A stretch of DNA of 29,912 nucleotides from a virus (taxonomy: Duplodnaviria; Caudoviricetes): positions 1 to 29,912 of the IMG/VR virus record IMGVR_UViG_3300022839_000071; one strand, given 5' to 3'. The notes beneath the pieces were generated by a model. That model ran no database searches and was not told the DNA's origin. It was given only the letters and a program-made list of their open reading frames with translations. Each line of letters starts with the position of its first letter. Positions within the stretch are counted from its first letter, which is position 1. The translations under genes were made by a program, and so were the position numbers. Positions 23,804 through 29,912 of this stretch are shown here, piece after piece.

Positions 23804-24262
23804 TTAAACTCCTAAATACTTGGTGTGGACCCGCTCAGTTTCCTGGTGACCCATGTGATTAAATAAATTACTAATGTCTTTGCACACTGGCACGCCGGTA
23901 AACATTCTCTGGCACCCACGCTTGCGCAGCATTTCTTCAGCGTACTTAAACATATTTAACGCAATGCGGCCTCTTCTGTAGTCCGGGTGAATAAAGTACA
24001 AATCAACGTAACCACTCAAACTACTCTTGTAGTGCAAGTGCTCTCTAACAATCGTTACATGGTACCCAATCAAAACACCGTCGTGCCGGGCCGCAACAAT
24101 TTGCAAGCTACCTTGCTGCTCAAGATCAACATAGCGGTCAACGCTTGGGTCAAGAAGAACGTCCTCTTTATCCCGCGCGATCTCTTGCCAATGCAAAGAC
24201 CACATCTTGCCCATCTCTGCCACGCATTGCTCAATGGTTTCCACAGAATAAGTCGCTGCCAT
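23804..24262 (-). CDS. GNAT-family acetyltransferase
   Basis: GVLIGY beta strand and acetyl-CoA-binding motif A (LYFIHPDYRRGRIALNMFKYAEEMLRKRGC). ATG 24262 is preferred to the ORF-track start at 24301. Confidence 0.85.
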   Translation of the reverse strand: MAATYSVETIEQCVAEMGKMWSLHWQEIARDKEDVLLDPSVDRYVDLEQQGSLQIVAARHDGVLIGYHVTIVREHLHYKSSLSGYVDLYFIHPDYRRGRIALNMFKYAEEMLRKRGCQRMFTGVPVCKDISNLFNHMGHQETERVHTKYLGV

Positions 24263-24270
24263 TTTGTGTG

Positions 24271-24298
24271 ATTTTATTAGTAAATTATTGGAAGTAAA
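24271..24298 (-). promoter_or_regulatory. Sigma70-like promoter upstream of the GNAT gene
   Basis: TTTACT-N16-TAAAAT in the AT-rich gap after TerL. Confidence 0.45.
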
Positions 24299-24319
24299 CA
24301 AGCGGATATCTGTTTGATA

Positions 24320-25873
24320 TCACCCGAATATATCAAAGTCAGTATTTGCCATAGTCTGCAGTGGCTGACGCCCGCCAAGCTGTGGGGTTTTAGTCATGCG
24401 GTTGTACTCACCGCCGCCTAGCATTAGATATCCGTACGAATCTCCGATGTGTGAGTGCTCGTTCTTGTTTGGCGCGTCTCGAAACCGCTCTTGCCCAGCC
24501 CCAACCGCAATGCGCTTAAAGTGATATCCGCCGCCCAGCGCTTTACGCAGTAGTTTGCACTCACGGTTAATCATCAACCCAGGCTTGCCGTTGATTAGCC
24601 TAGACATCGGGGCAGCCGCAGCCTCACGCCGGACCTTAAAATCGTTTGACGCGGTAGGTTGCGCCCGGAGACCCAGAGTTCGCAAGAACTCAAACGCAGT
24701 CACCTCGTAGATAGCGTCTCTGGCCTGGCCAGCCGGGTCACCCCAGACGTATACCTGGTGATTCGGGTAGCGGGTGTTTAACTCTGTTAGTAATTGTGTG
24801 CCAAAACGCTCTAGACCCATGTCGGTGGTCACGATTTCAGCGTGGATGACCCACTGGCCGGAGGGCAGCCGCTGGCCGATGGTGGCCGCAGGCGTCAGAC
24901 CAAAGTCAAGACCGATCTGAATGGCGACAGTAGGGTCGACAATAGTGTCGCCGGACATAATCGAGTCGTCATATTCCGGCCAGACAGACCTCCCCTCTTG
25001 GACGTAGGTGTATTCGCCCTTGGCGTAGCAGCGTATCCAGTCTAGGGTTTTCCCTAGCAGCATCTGTGGGTAGTAACCAGGAGGCAGGTTGCCCAGATTC
25101 TCCGCTTTGGGGTTAATCTTCCACCACTTGCCAGCCGAAAAGATGTGGTCGTTGGCCTCCGGCATCTCCGGTAGATCGTCAACGTCTACCGACACTATGC
25201 CACCGGGCTGCTTCCAAAACTTCCAGGCGTACTTGCCGGTCATCTTCTCTTTCTCCGCCATCCGGTGCCACCAGTGGTCGTCGTCCATCGGGTTGCTGTC
25301 CATCCAAATGCCGTGCCAAGTAGCGCCGCCGTCCCGCTTAGTCGGGTATCGGCCAACCCGGTGGGTCAACCCATCGATCACCGCCTTGGGCAACTCGCGC
25401 GCCTCGTTGACCCAGGCACCGGTCAGCTCCAAAGACAGCAGCTTGCGCACATCTTTAGGCTGATCAAGGGCCAAAAAGATCACCTCGCAGTCGATGCCAG
25501 ACGCGTCGCCCCTGGCGGGCAACCGAATATGGTGCGTAATGGGTGGTGTCCACATCATCGGCCCAAACGTGGCCTCGGGGAACAGGTCCAACCAGGTCTT
25601 AATCGTCGTGGTCTTCAGCATAGGGTAGCTGTTCCGCACAATTGCCCACCTGGTGTATCGGATGCCGTCCACGGGGGATGGCTTTTGCTCCACCGCCTTC
25701 TTCATAATCTTGGCCGCGCAAGCGTAAGACTTGCCAGAACCCACCGGGCCCATCAAGCCCTGCACAAACGCATCAGATTGAAAGTAATCGTACACCACGG
25801 GGCTAGACCTGAAGTCCAGGTTTAAACCCTCAGATGGTATTTCTCTTTGACTCTGCTCTTTAGTCTTGGTCAT
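24320..25873 (-). CDS. terL: Terminase large subunit
   Basis: Walker A GPVGSGKS, Walker B variant AWVNEARE, motif III DSNP, and RNase H-like nuclease residues IGLDFG, WGDPAG and SHIGDS. Confidence 0.95.
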   Translation of the reverse strand: MTKTKEQSQREIPSEGLNLDFRSSPVVYDYFQSDAFVQGLMGPVGSGKSYACAAKIMKKAVEQKPSPVDGIRYTRWAIVRNSYPMLKTTTIKTWLDLFPEATFGPMMWTPPITHHIRLPARGDASGIDCEVIFLALDQPKDVRKLLSLELTGAWVNEARELPKAVIDGLTHRVGRYPTKRDGGATWHGIWMDSNPMDDDHWWHRMAEKEKMTGKYAWKFWKQPGGIVSVDVDDLPEMPEANDHIFSAGKWWKINPKAENLGNLPPGYYPQMLLGKTLDWIRCYAKGEYTYVQEGRSVWPEYDDSIMSGDTIVDPTVAIQIGLDFGLTPAATIGQRLPSGQWVIHAEIVTTDMGLERFGTQLLTELNTRYPNHQVYVWGDPAGQARDAIYEVTAFEFLRTLGLRAQPTASNDFKVRREAAAAPMSRLINGKPGLMINRECKLLRKALGGGYHFKRIAVGAGQERFRDAPNKNEHSHIGDSYGYLMLGGGEYNRMTKTPQLGGRQPLQTMANTDFDIFG

Positions 25874-26337
25874 TAGCTACTTTCTTTGTCTTCAGGGCCA
25901 ATATCGATCACATCGCCGCGCCCGCTTGAGGTATCCGGCGCGTGTACGTTAATGCCAATCACAGACGGCTTGTCCGACTCCTCCGGCGTGTCCAGCAAAC
26001 CGCTCGCTTTGGCCAAGATGCGCAGCACCCCCACCTTGTCGTACAGCTCCAGGTCCAGCGTGCTGTTCCCGTCCCGGTCAACCCGCACCTTAATGCTCTT
26101 GATCGACGTCAAGGCGTGCTCCGGTATCTGATTGCTGGGCTTTACCTTGACGTTGCCGTCCTCGCCCCAAGTCATTATGTCTGTGATCTTCGTGTTAGCC
26201 ATGCAAAGCAGCGCATAGCTGACAGCCTCTCGGTTGCCAGCCAGCGTCGCCGAGCGCTCCAGACGACGCTCAATCGAGCGCGTCCCACCCCAGCCTGCCA
26301 CACTGGGAATTTGTCGGGGCGTTCTCTTCGTTGCCAT
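25873..26337 (-). CDS. terS: Terminase small subunit
   Basis: TAATG-coupled to TerL; ITDIMTW..IPEHALTSIKSIKV..LELYDKVGVLRILAKASGLL pattern. ATG 26337 is coupled to the upstream peptide stop. Confidence 0.82.
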   Translation of the reverse strand: MATKRTPRQIPSVAGWGGTRSIERRLERSATLAGNREAVSYALLCMANTKITDIMTWGEDGNVKVKPSNQIPEHALTSIKSIKVRVDRDGNSTLDLELYDKVGVLRILAKASGLLDTPEESDKPSVIGINVHAPDTSSGRGDVIDIGPEDKESS

Positions 26338-26486
26338 CAATAGCAGTTGGTGTTGCAGTTGCCGTAATAGCAGCAAGTTGTACAGGATATGTATTTACCG
26401 TTGACGTTGTAGGTGTGAGTACTGCAAGCAGCAAACACCGACGTATTAGCCGCCAAAACTAAAATAAAAGCAATTAGGTTTCTCAT
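26337..26486 (-). CDS. Cysteine-rich peptide with predicted signal peptide, 49 aa (not in ORF track)
   Basis: AAGGAG RBS and ATG 26486. Sequence MRNLIAFILVLAANTSVFAACSTHTYNVNGKYISCTTCCYYGNCNTNCY*; the stop overlaps the TerS start (TGATG). Confidence 0.88.
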   Translation of the reverse strand: MRNLIAFILVLAANTSVFAACSTHTYNVNGKYISCTTCCYYGNCNTNCY

Positions 26487-26498
26487 CTCTGTGTCTCC

Positions 26499-26786
26499 TT
26501 AAAAAGGGATGTCGTCGTCAAGATCGGGAGCCGCCGGAGTAATCGGGGCTGACCTGGGCTCGTTGTACGAGCTCGGCTGGTTGCTGCGGCCAGCTTGAAC
26601 CACCAAATCACCAACAGATAGGCTAATCCACTTTTCGCCAGAGCTGGTCACCTTGGTCCAAGCCGATACCCAACGCACCTCACCGCCGGGCAACATGATC
26701 TTGCCTTTAAGGTTCGGGTGGTTGTCCGTAGTCTTTTTATCATTCTTAAACAGCGAGCCGCTGCCTGGTCTCATCTCATAAGCCAT
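26499..26786 (-). CDS. ssb: Phage single-stranded DNA-binding protein
   Basis: GSLFKNDKK..HPNLKG..WVSAW..WISLSV OB-like core and the canonical acidic tail DLDDDIPF; AAGGAG RBS. Confidence 0.8.
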   Translation of the reverse strand: MAYEMRPGSGSLFKNDKKTTDNHPNLKGKIMLPGGEVRWVSAWTKVTSSGEKWISLSVGDLVVQAGRSNQPSSYNEPRSAPITPAAPDLDDDIPF

Positions 26787-26858
26787 AGTTTTCTCCTTTG
26801 GGCTAGTCTACAAATCCAACGAAATGTTGGGGAAAAATTGAGCGAGGTCCCCCCTACG

Positions 26859-27149
26859 CTACGGGCAGGGGGGGGAGGGGAAGGGTGTTTTTTTATACAG
26901 GGGCGACACCCGGCCAGCTGCTGGGCGCGCATCGTCCACAATAGTACGGTTCAGCCCCTTGGCGCTAGGATATTGCCAGGCTTTCGCCTGCCGGGTATCG
27001 GTGTCCAAATCCCATATGAGCGTTTGGGTTCTGTACACCAACCGACTACAGGCTTTACAAGCGATTGCAGCATTAGGTTGGTATGGTTGCATACCATTGC
27101 CTACGATCGTTGCGTGTGCGGCCTCCTGACGCGTCCTAGAGGCATTCAT
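26859..27149 (-). CDS. Uncertain hypothetical protein
   Basis: The ATGA overlap with the replication gene stop supports it. It has no recognisable motif and runs into a homopolymer tract, so it may be non-coding. Confidence 0.3.
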   Translation of the reverse strand: MNASRTRQEAAHATIVGNGMQPYQPNAAIACKACSRLVYRTQTLIWDLDTDTRQAKAWQYPSAKGLNRTIVDDARPAAGRVSPLYKKTPFPSPPCP

Positions 27150-28057
27150 GGTTTGGCATCCCGGTGCAGTTGCAGGATGCTGTCTGCCATCACGCGTGCG
27201 CTTGGCGTCAACCCCTCGGCCTTGAACAGCTCCTCGAGTGTTTCGTACGCTTGTGCAATTTCACTGTCTTTCATTCCGTTTTCTTTTAATCTTTTTATTT
27301 CGGTTGTGCTTAACTGTCTATAAGTATCTATGTTCTTGTAGTTCGGTACAACCTCCAGGTTGTGATTTTGTATACTCAAAGTTGTTAATGGAGGCTCTTT
27401 TACAACCTCATGGTTGTTAATGTGTTCCTTAGTTATACCCGGCTTATCCACAGCTGGCTTTTTCATCTTTGCTTTCATCTCTCGCACTAACCTTGTCTCT
27501 GTCTTTGGCATGTTGTACTCCTTTGGTTGACTAACTCTGCTCGACACGAGCGCGTTCCTGACCAGCCTAGCAATGCGAGCTTGGCCCTCGGTGTCTGGCT
27601 GCTCGTTTGCGGCCCTGGCGGCTCTCTCTTGCTCGTCTCTAATGGCCGGTGGCCTGGTGTCTTCTTTTGGCCCGTTGGTCAGCGTGATGGCCTCCTCGCC
27701 TGTGATGCTTGGGTCGTAGATAACCCGTAGGGTATCTGTACGCTTACCTCTGAAACCCCTGCGCATGACCTCCAAGTAACCTAACTCCTTAAGCTGCTTG
27801 TACTGCTTGGCCAGCGCCTGCTGGCTGATGCCCAGCTCGGACGATAGCCTGGTCTGGCCCACCCATGTGACGCCTGCCTTGTTGCAGTAGCTGCACAGCG
27901 CGGCCAAAGCCTGCAGCCCACCGTGAGTCAGCTGCTTATCAAACACAGCCCTAATTGGGACCACAGCGACCGTGCGACGGTCTGGCGGCGCGTCCTTCTG
28001 CTCGATCTTGGGCCGCTTGGGCAGCTCAAACTGGATCACTTCAGCTGGTGCGTTCAT
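27146..28057 (-). CDS. Replication initiator-like protein with N-terminal HTH
   Basis: AVFDKQLT..LQALAALCSYCNKAGVTWVGQTRLSSELGISQQALAKQYKQLKELGYLE is a wHTH typical of phage replication proteins. The gene has an internal origin-like region. ATG 28057 is ATGA-coupled. Confidence 0.8.
   Translation of the reverse strand: MNAPAEVIQFELPKRPKIEQKDAPPDRRTVAVVPIRAVFDKQLTHGGLQALAALCSYCNKAGVTWVGQTRLSSELGISQQALAKQYKQLKELGYLEVMRRGFRGKRTDTLRVIYDPSITGEEAITLTNGPKEDTRPPAIRDEQERAARAANEQPDTEGQARIARLVRNALVSSRVSQPKEYNMPKTETRLVREMKAKMKKPAVDKPGITKEHINNHEVVKEPPLTTLSIQNHNLEVVPNYKNIDTYRQLSTTEIKRLKENGMKDSEIAQAYETLEELFKAEGLTPSARVMADSILQLHRDAKP
27270..27452. promoter_or_regulatory. Putative replication origin inside the initiator gene
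   Basis: ACAACC-N4-GGTTGT palindromes at 27348-27363 and 27402-27417, DnaA box TTATCCACA at 27444-27452, and an AT-rich tract at about 27270-27340. Confidence 0.65.
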
Positions 28058-28359
28058 TTGCTTACCAACCATAGAGCCCGCACTCCTCTCTTGAGATTGT
28101 CTGCTGCGTGCTTGCCCCGGCGGTGCTCAACGCCCATGATGTAGTCGCGCCTGGAAATCTGAGGCGTGCTCTTGCGTCGTCGGTTGACCACCAGAGGCAG
28201 CTTCTCCAGCACCCACTTCGCTTCGGTGTGTGCGCGCCAGGCCTCGCTGTAGTTGCTGACCTGAGAGCCGTCTGGCAACGTGACCAGCTTGGCTCCCTTG
28301 TGAACCTGGCCGCAGGCTGCACACGCGAGATCACTTGTTCCAGTTGCCGATGTGCTCAT
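28054..28359 (-). CDS. Hypothetical phage protein
   Basis: CAACGQVH..LPDGSQVSNYSEAWRAHTEAKWVL; GGAGAAGG RBS before ATG 28359; coupled to the replication gene. Confidence 0.75.
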   Translation of the reverse strand: MSTSATGTSDLACAACGQVHKGAKLVTLPDGSQVSNYSEAWRAHTEAKWVLEKLPLVVNRRRKSTPQISRRDYIMGVEHRRGKHAADNLKRGVRALWLVSK

Positions 28360-28471
28360 CTGCCTTCTCCCATCCAAGCATCAACGCGGCCACAACAAAG
28401 TAGGCGACCATGCCCAGCCCCACAATTGGGAGCATTGAGTAGTACAGGGCTTTACCCACCGCGCGCTTCAC
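28331..28471 (-). CDS. Small membrane protein, 46 aa (not in ORF track)
   Basis: GTG 28471 overlaps the upstream stop (GTGA). Sequence MKRAVGKALYYSMLPIVGLGMVAYFVVAALMLGWEKADEHIGNWNK has one TM helix. Confidence 0.6.
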   Translation of the reverse strand: MKRAVGKALYYSMLPIVGLGMVAYFVVAALMLGWEKADEHIGNWNK

Positions 28472-28761
28472 AGCGCGGCCTGCTTGTTGTCAACCAGGAC
28501 AATCTCTAGATTGCCTCTTGCAATGTCGAGGCCAAGAATGGCCCCCGAGTACGCCATGCCCGCGACAAAGCTGCACAGCAGTACCGCGCCAAAAAACTTA
28601 CCCCATTCGTAAGCGCTGAGGTCAAACAGTGCCGCCATGTCTAAGTGTTTCGAAAATGGGTCTGGCATAGATGGGATTTCAATGTGTATTGGTGCCGCGC
28701 TGGCATCCATTACTCTGCGCACCGTCTTGTCGGTGCCAGCTAGTTGGGCTTCTAATGTCAT
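28468..28761 (-). CDS. Hypothetical membrane protein
   Basis: 97 aa, AGGAG RBS, ATGA overlap, one hydrophobic segment. Confidence 0.7.
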   Translation of the reverse strand: MTLEAQLAGTDKTVRRVMDASAAPIHIEIPSMPDPFSKHLDMAALFDLSAYEWGKFFGAVLLCSFVAGMAYSGAILGLDIARGNLEIVLVDNKQAAL

Positions 28762-28946
28762 GTGGTTTTCTCCTGCTTAAAAAGCGGTGCCCACTTAGTC
28801 CTGGGTTCAGCCGCGTGCTGCACATAGAAATGGATCAAGTGATCAAACAACTGCACGTATGTCATACGCACTCCCGTTCTCTGTTGAATAAAGTCTCGGA
28901 TTTTGTCAATGTCCTGGTTGACCTCAATTGTTATTCTTTTTGCCAC
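28758..28946 (-). CDS. Small putative DNA-binding protein (ribbon-helix-helix-like)
   Basis: KRITIEV beta strand followed by two helices (DIDKIRDFIQQRTG, TYVQLFDHLIHFY); GGAGA RBS with GTG start. Confidence 0.6.
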   Translation of the reverse strand: MAKRITIEVNQDIDKIRDFIQQRTGVRMTYVQLFDHLIHFYVQHAAEPRTKWAPLFKQEKTT

Positions 28947-29115
28947 TTAGTTTCTCCATTTTGAATCTAGCCCCGCCGTGCTCGGCAGCCTCAACCCTCT
29001 CTACAGTTGTGAACTTGTGCAGGTTCCCACACTCCAGTGTTCTGCGCCTGGTGTTGTCTTGCCGGGTGCGAGTCTCTAAGACAGTTGACCAGGCTTTGCA
29101 TAAAGGGCAATTCAT
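28924..29115 (-). CDS. Zinc-ribbon protein (NrdR N-terminal-like)
   Basis: MNCPLC..STVLETR..RRRTLECGNLHKFTTVE pattern; GAGGAG RBS. Confidence 0.8.
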   Translation of the reverse strand: MNCPLCKAWSTVLETRTRQDNTRRRTLECGNLHKFTTVERVEAAEHGGARFKMEKLSGKKNNN

Positions 29116-29555
29116 TTCTTTCTCCTCGGATATTTATAAAAAACATGAAAACCAATGACCTCTGTCATCTCAAGTCTGCCCGCCCACCTGGGGTAAACGG
29201 CCAGGGTATGGTAGTGCGTTGACTTTCGTGTGTTGTCCTTCAACCTACCTGCGATTGCCCTGGCCACAACCCGCTGCACCTTCTGTGTGTATGCCAACAG
29301 CATTGGATTTCGCGCCCTGTAATCGTTGGCCCAACTGAACTGCTTGCTTTGATACACAACTTTGCAGATTGAATCTGGCCAGCGCTTGCTAGCGACCCTG
29401 TTTAAGACCACTGATGCTACTGCTCTGATGCCAGCCAGACTTTCGCCACGTGCCTCGTAATGCAGATTATCAGCCAGACATTTAGCTTGTTTAGAGTACG
29501 GCACAGCCGATGCCGCTGCAGGCAACATCAGCAAAGCCAGTAGTAGCTTAAGCAC
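29112..29555 (-). CDS. SleB/CwlJ-like cell wall hydrolase (Hydrolase_2) with signal peptide
   Basis: CLADNLHYEARGE (catalytic Glu), VASVVLNRV..WPDSICKVVYQ..QFSW, THYH..PRWA..IGFHVFY. GTG 29555 gives a signal peptide LKLLLALLMLPAAASA. Confidence 0.9.
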   Translation of the reverse strand: MLKLLLALLMLPAAASAVPYSKQAKCLADNLHYEARGESLAGIRAVASVVLNRVASKRWPDSICKVVYQSKQFSWANDYRARNPMLLAYTQKVQRVVARAIAGRLKDNTRKSTHYHTLAVYPRWAGRLEMTEVIGFHVFYKYPRRKK

Positions 29556-29784
29556 TGCCTCTTGCACGGATGGCTTTGGCACACCAAGTCGCCAGCACAT
29601 CCTCGCCATCGTATTCGGTGTCAAGGTCATCACACACCTTTGCACACGCCTCTCGTTCTGCCTCAATCTCTCTCTGCATATACTCAACCGTCACCGTGCC
29701 AAACTGGCTCGGCTGGTTCTCGGGGTCGGTGAACAGTTGCATCATTGCCTCACGTGCCTTTTTGATAATGTCTTCTGTGGTCAT
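29548..29784 (-). CDS. Hypothetical phage protein with EREACAKVC...CAKAIRARG motif
   Basis: AAGGAG RBS, ATGA overlap; this motif recurs among small early genes of proteobacterial phages. Confidence 0.8.
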   Translation of the reverse strand: MTTEDIIKKAREAMMQLFTDPENQPSQFGTVTVEYMQREIEAEREACAKVCDDLDTEYDGEDVLATWCAKAIRARGSA

Positions 29785-29912
29785 GTGTTCTTCTCCTTGA
29801 TTTTGGTTTCAATAAACTGTGCAAACTCAAAAACAGTTGGGCGGTCTGGTAAATCCCAAGAATCAACATCTATTTGCGTTAGCCCAACCCATTTAGACCG
29901 GTTAAAAGCATC
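29781..29912 (-). CDS. 3' part of a hypothetical phage protein (partial)
   Basis: Open frame DAFNRSKWVGLTQIDVDSWDLPDRPTVFEFAQFIETKIKEKNT*, with the WVGLT...IE.K.KEKN motif of small phage proteins; ATGA overlap. Confidence 0.7.
   Translation of the reverse strand, partial: DAFNRSKWVGLTQIDVDSWDLPDRPTVFEFAQFIETKIKEKNT

Larger units (their letters stand above)
1..29912. mobile_element. Tailed bacteriophage/prophage genome segment (podovirus-type virion module with lambdoid-style replication and recombination genes)
   Basis: Colinear TerS-TerL-portal-scaffold-capsid-tail tube A/B-internal proteins-tail fibre-lysis block. Genes are densely packed with 1-4 nt stop/start overlaps and no host housekeeping genes are present. 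Confidence 0.97.

Noticed and set aside
25390-25420. TerL Walker B reading WVNE instead of hhhhDE as a sign of inactivation
   Set aside because: All other ATPase and nuclease motifs are intact and the ORF is full length. An Asn variant is best read as a family feature, not pseudogenisation.
26718-27323. 201-aa + strand ORF spanning ssb, the G-tract and the replication gene
   Set aside because: It is antisense to well-supported genes, has no RBS or recognisable motif, and has atypical composition.
3644-29687. Longer ORF-track starts for the holin (3688), tail tube B (17696), GNAT (24301), TerS (26376), initiator (28072), the 28054 ORF (28377) and the hydrolase (29687)
   Set aside because: Most overlap upstream genes or lack an RBS. 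The downstream starts fit RBS positions, stop-start coupling or promoter position better.
433-29800. Numerous other short ORF-track entries antisense to or nested in the called genes
   Set aside because: They lack RBS, coupling or motif support and are expected by chance opposite long coding regions.

Overview
This window is about 30 kb of a tailed bacteriophage or prophage with a short-tail (podovirus-type) virion module in BPP-1/HTVC010P/T7-like gene order. Bases 1-2688 (+ strand) are a recombination module: the probable C-terminus of a serine recombinase, an HTH protein, a YqaJ-type exonuclease and a RecT-like annealase. Bases 2685-29912 are all on the - strand. In transcription order they encode small early genes, a SleB-type cell wall hydrolase, an HTH replication initiator with an internal origin-like region, SSB, TerS, TerL, a GNAT acetyltransferase, two coiled-coil proteins, portal, scaffold, major capsid, tail tubular proteins A and B, four putative internal virion (ejection) proteins, a tail fibre, a chaperone-like protein, a cupin and a lysis cassette with an M15 peptidase endolysin. 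No RNA or DNA polymerase, tRNA, CRISPR array or reverse transcriptase is visible. The most notable observations are: (1) an EndoIII-like HhH-GPD glycosylase signature inside a protein of the ejection-protein block; (2) an unannotated 49-aa signal-peptide-bearing six-cysteine peptide coupled to TerS; (3) a multi-hairpin leader ahead of the capsid gene; (4) palindromic iteron-like sites plus a perfect DnaA box inside the replication gene. All functional calls come from motif recognition and synteny by eye; no searches were run.
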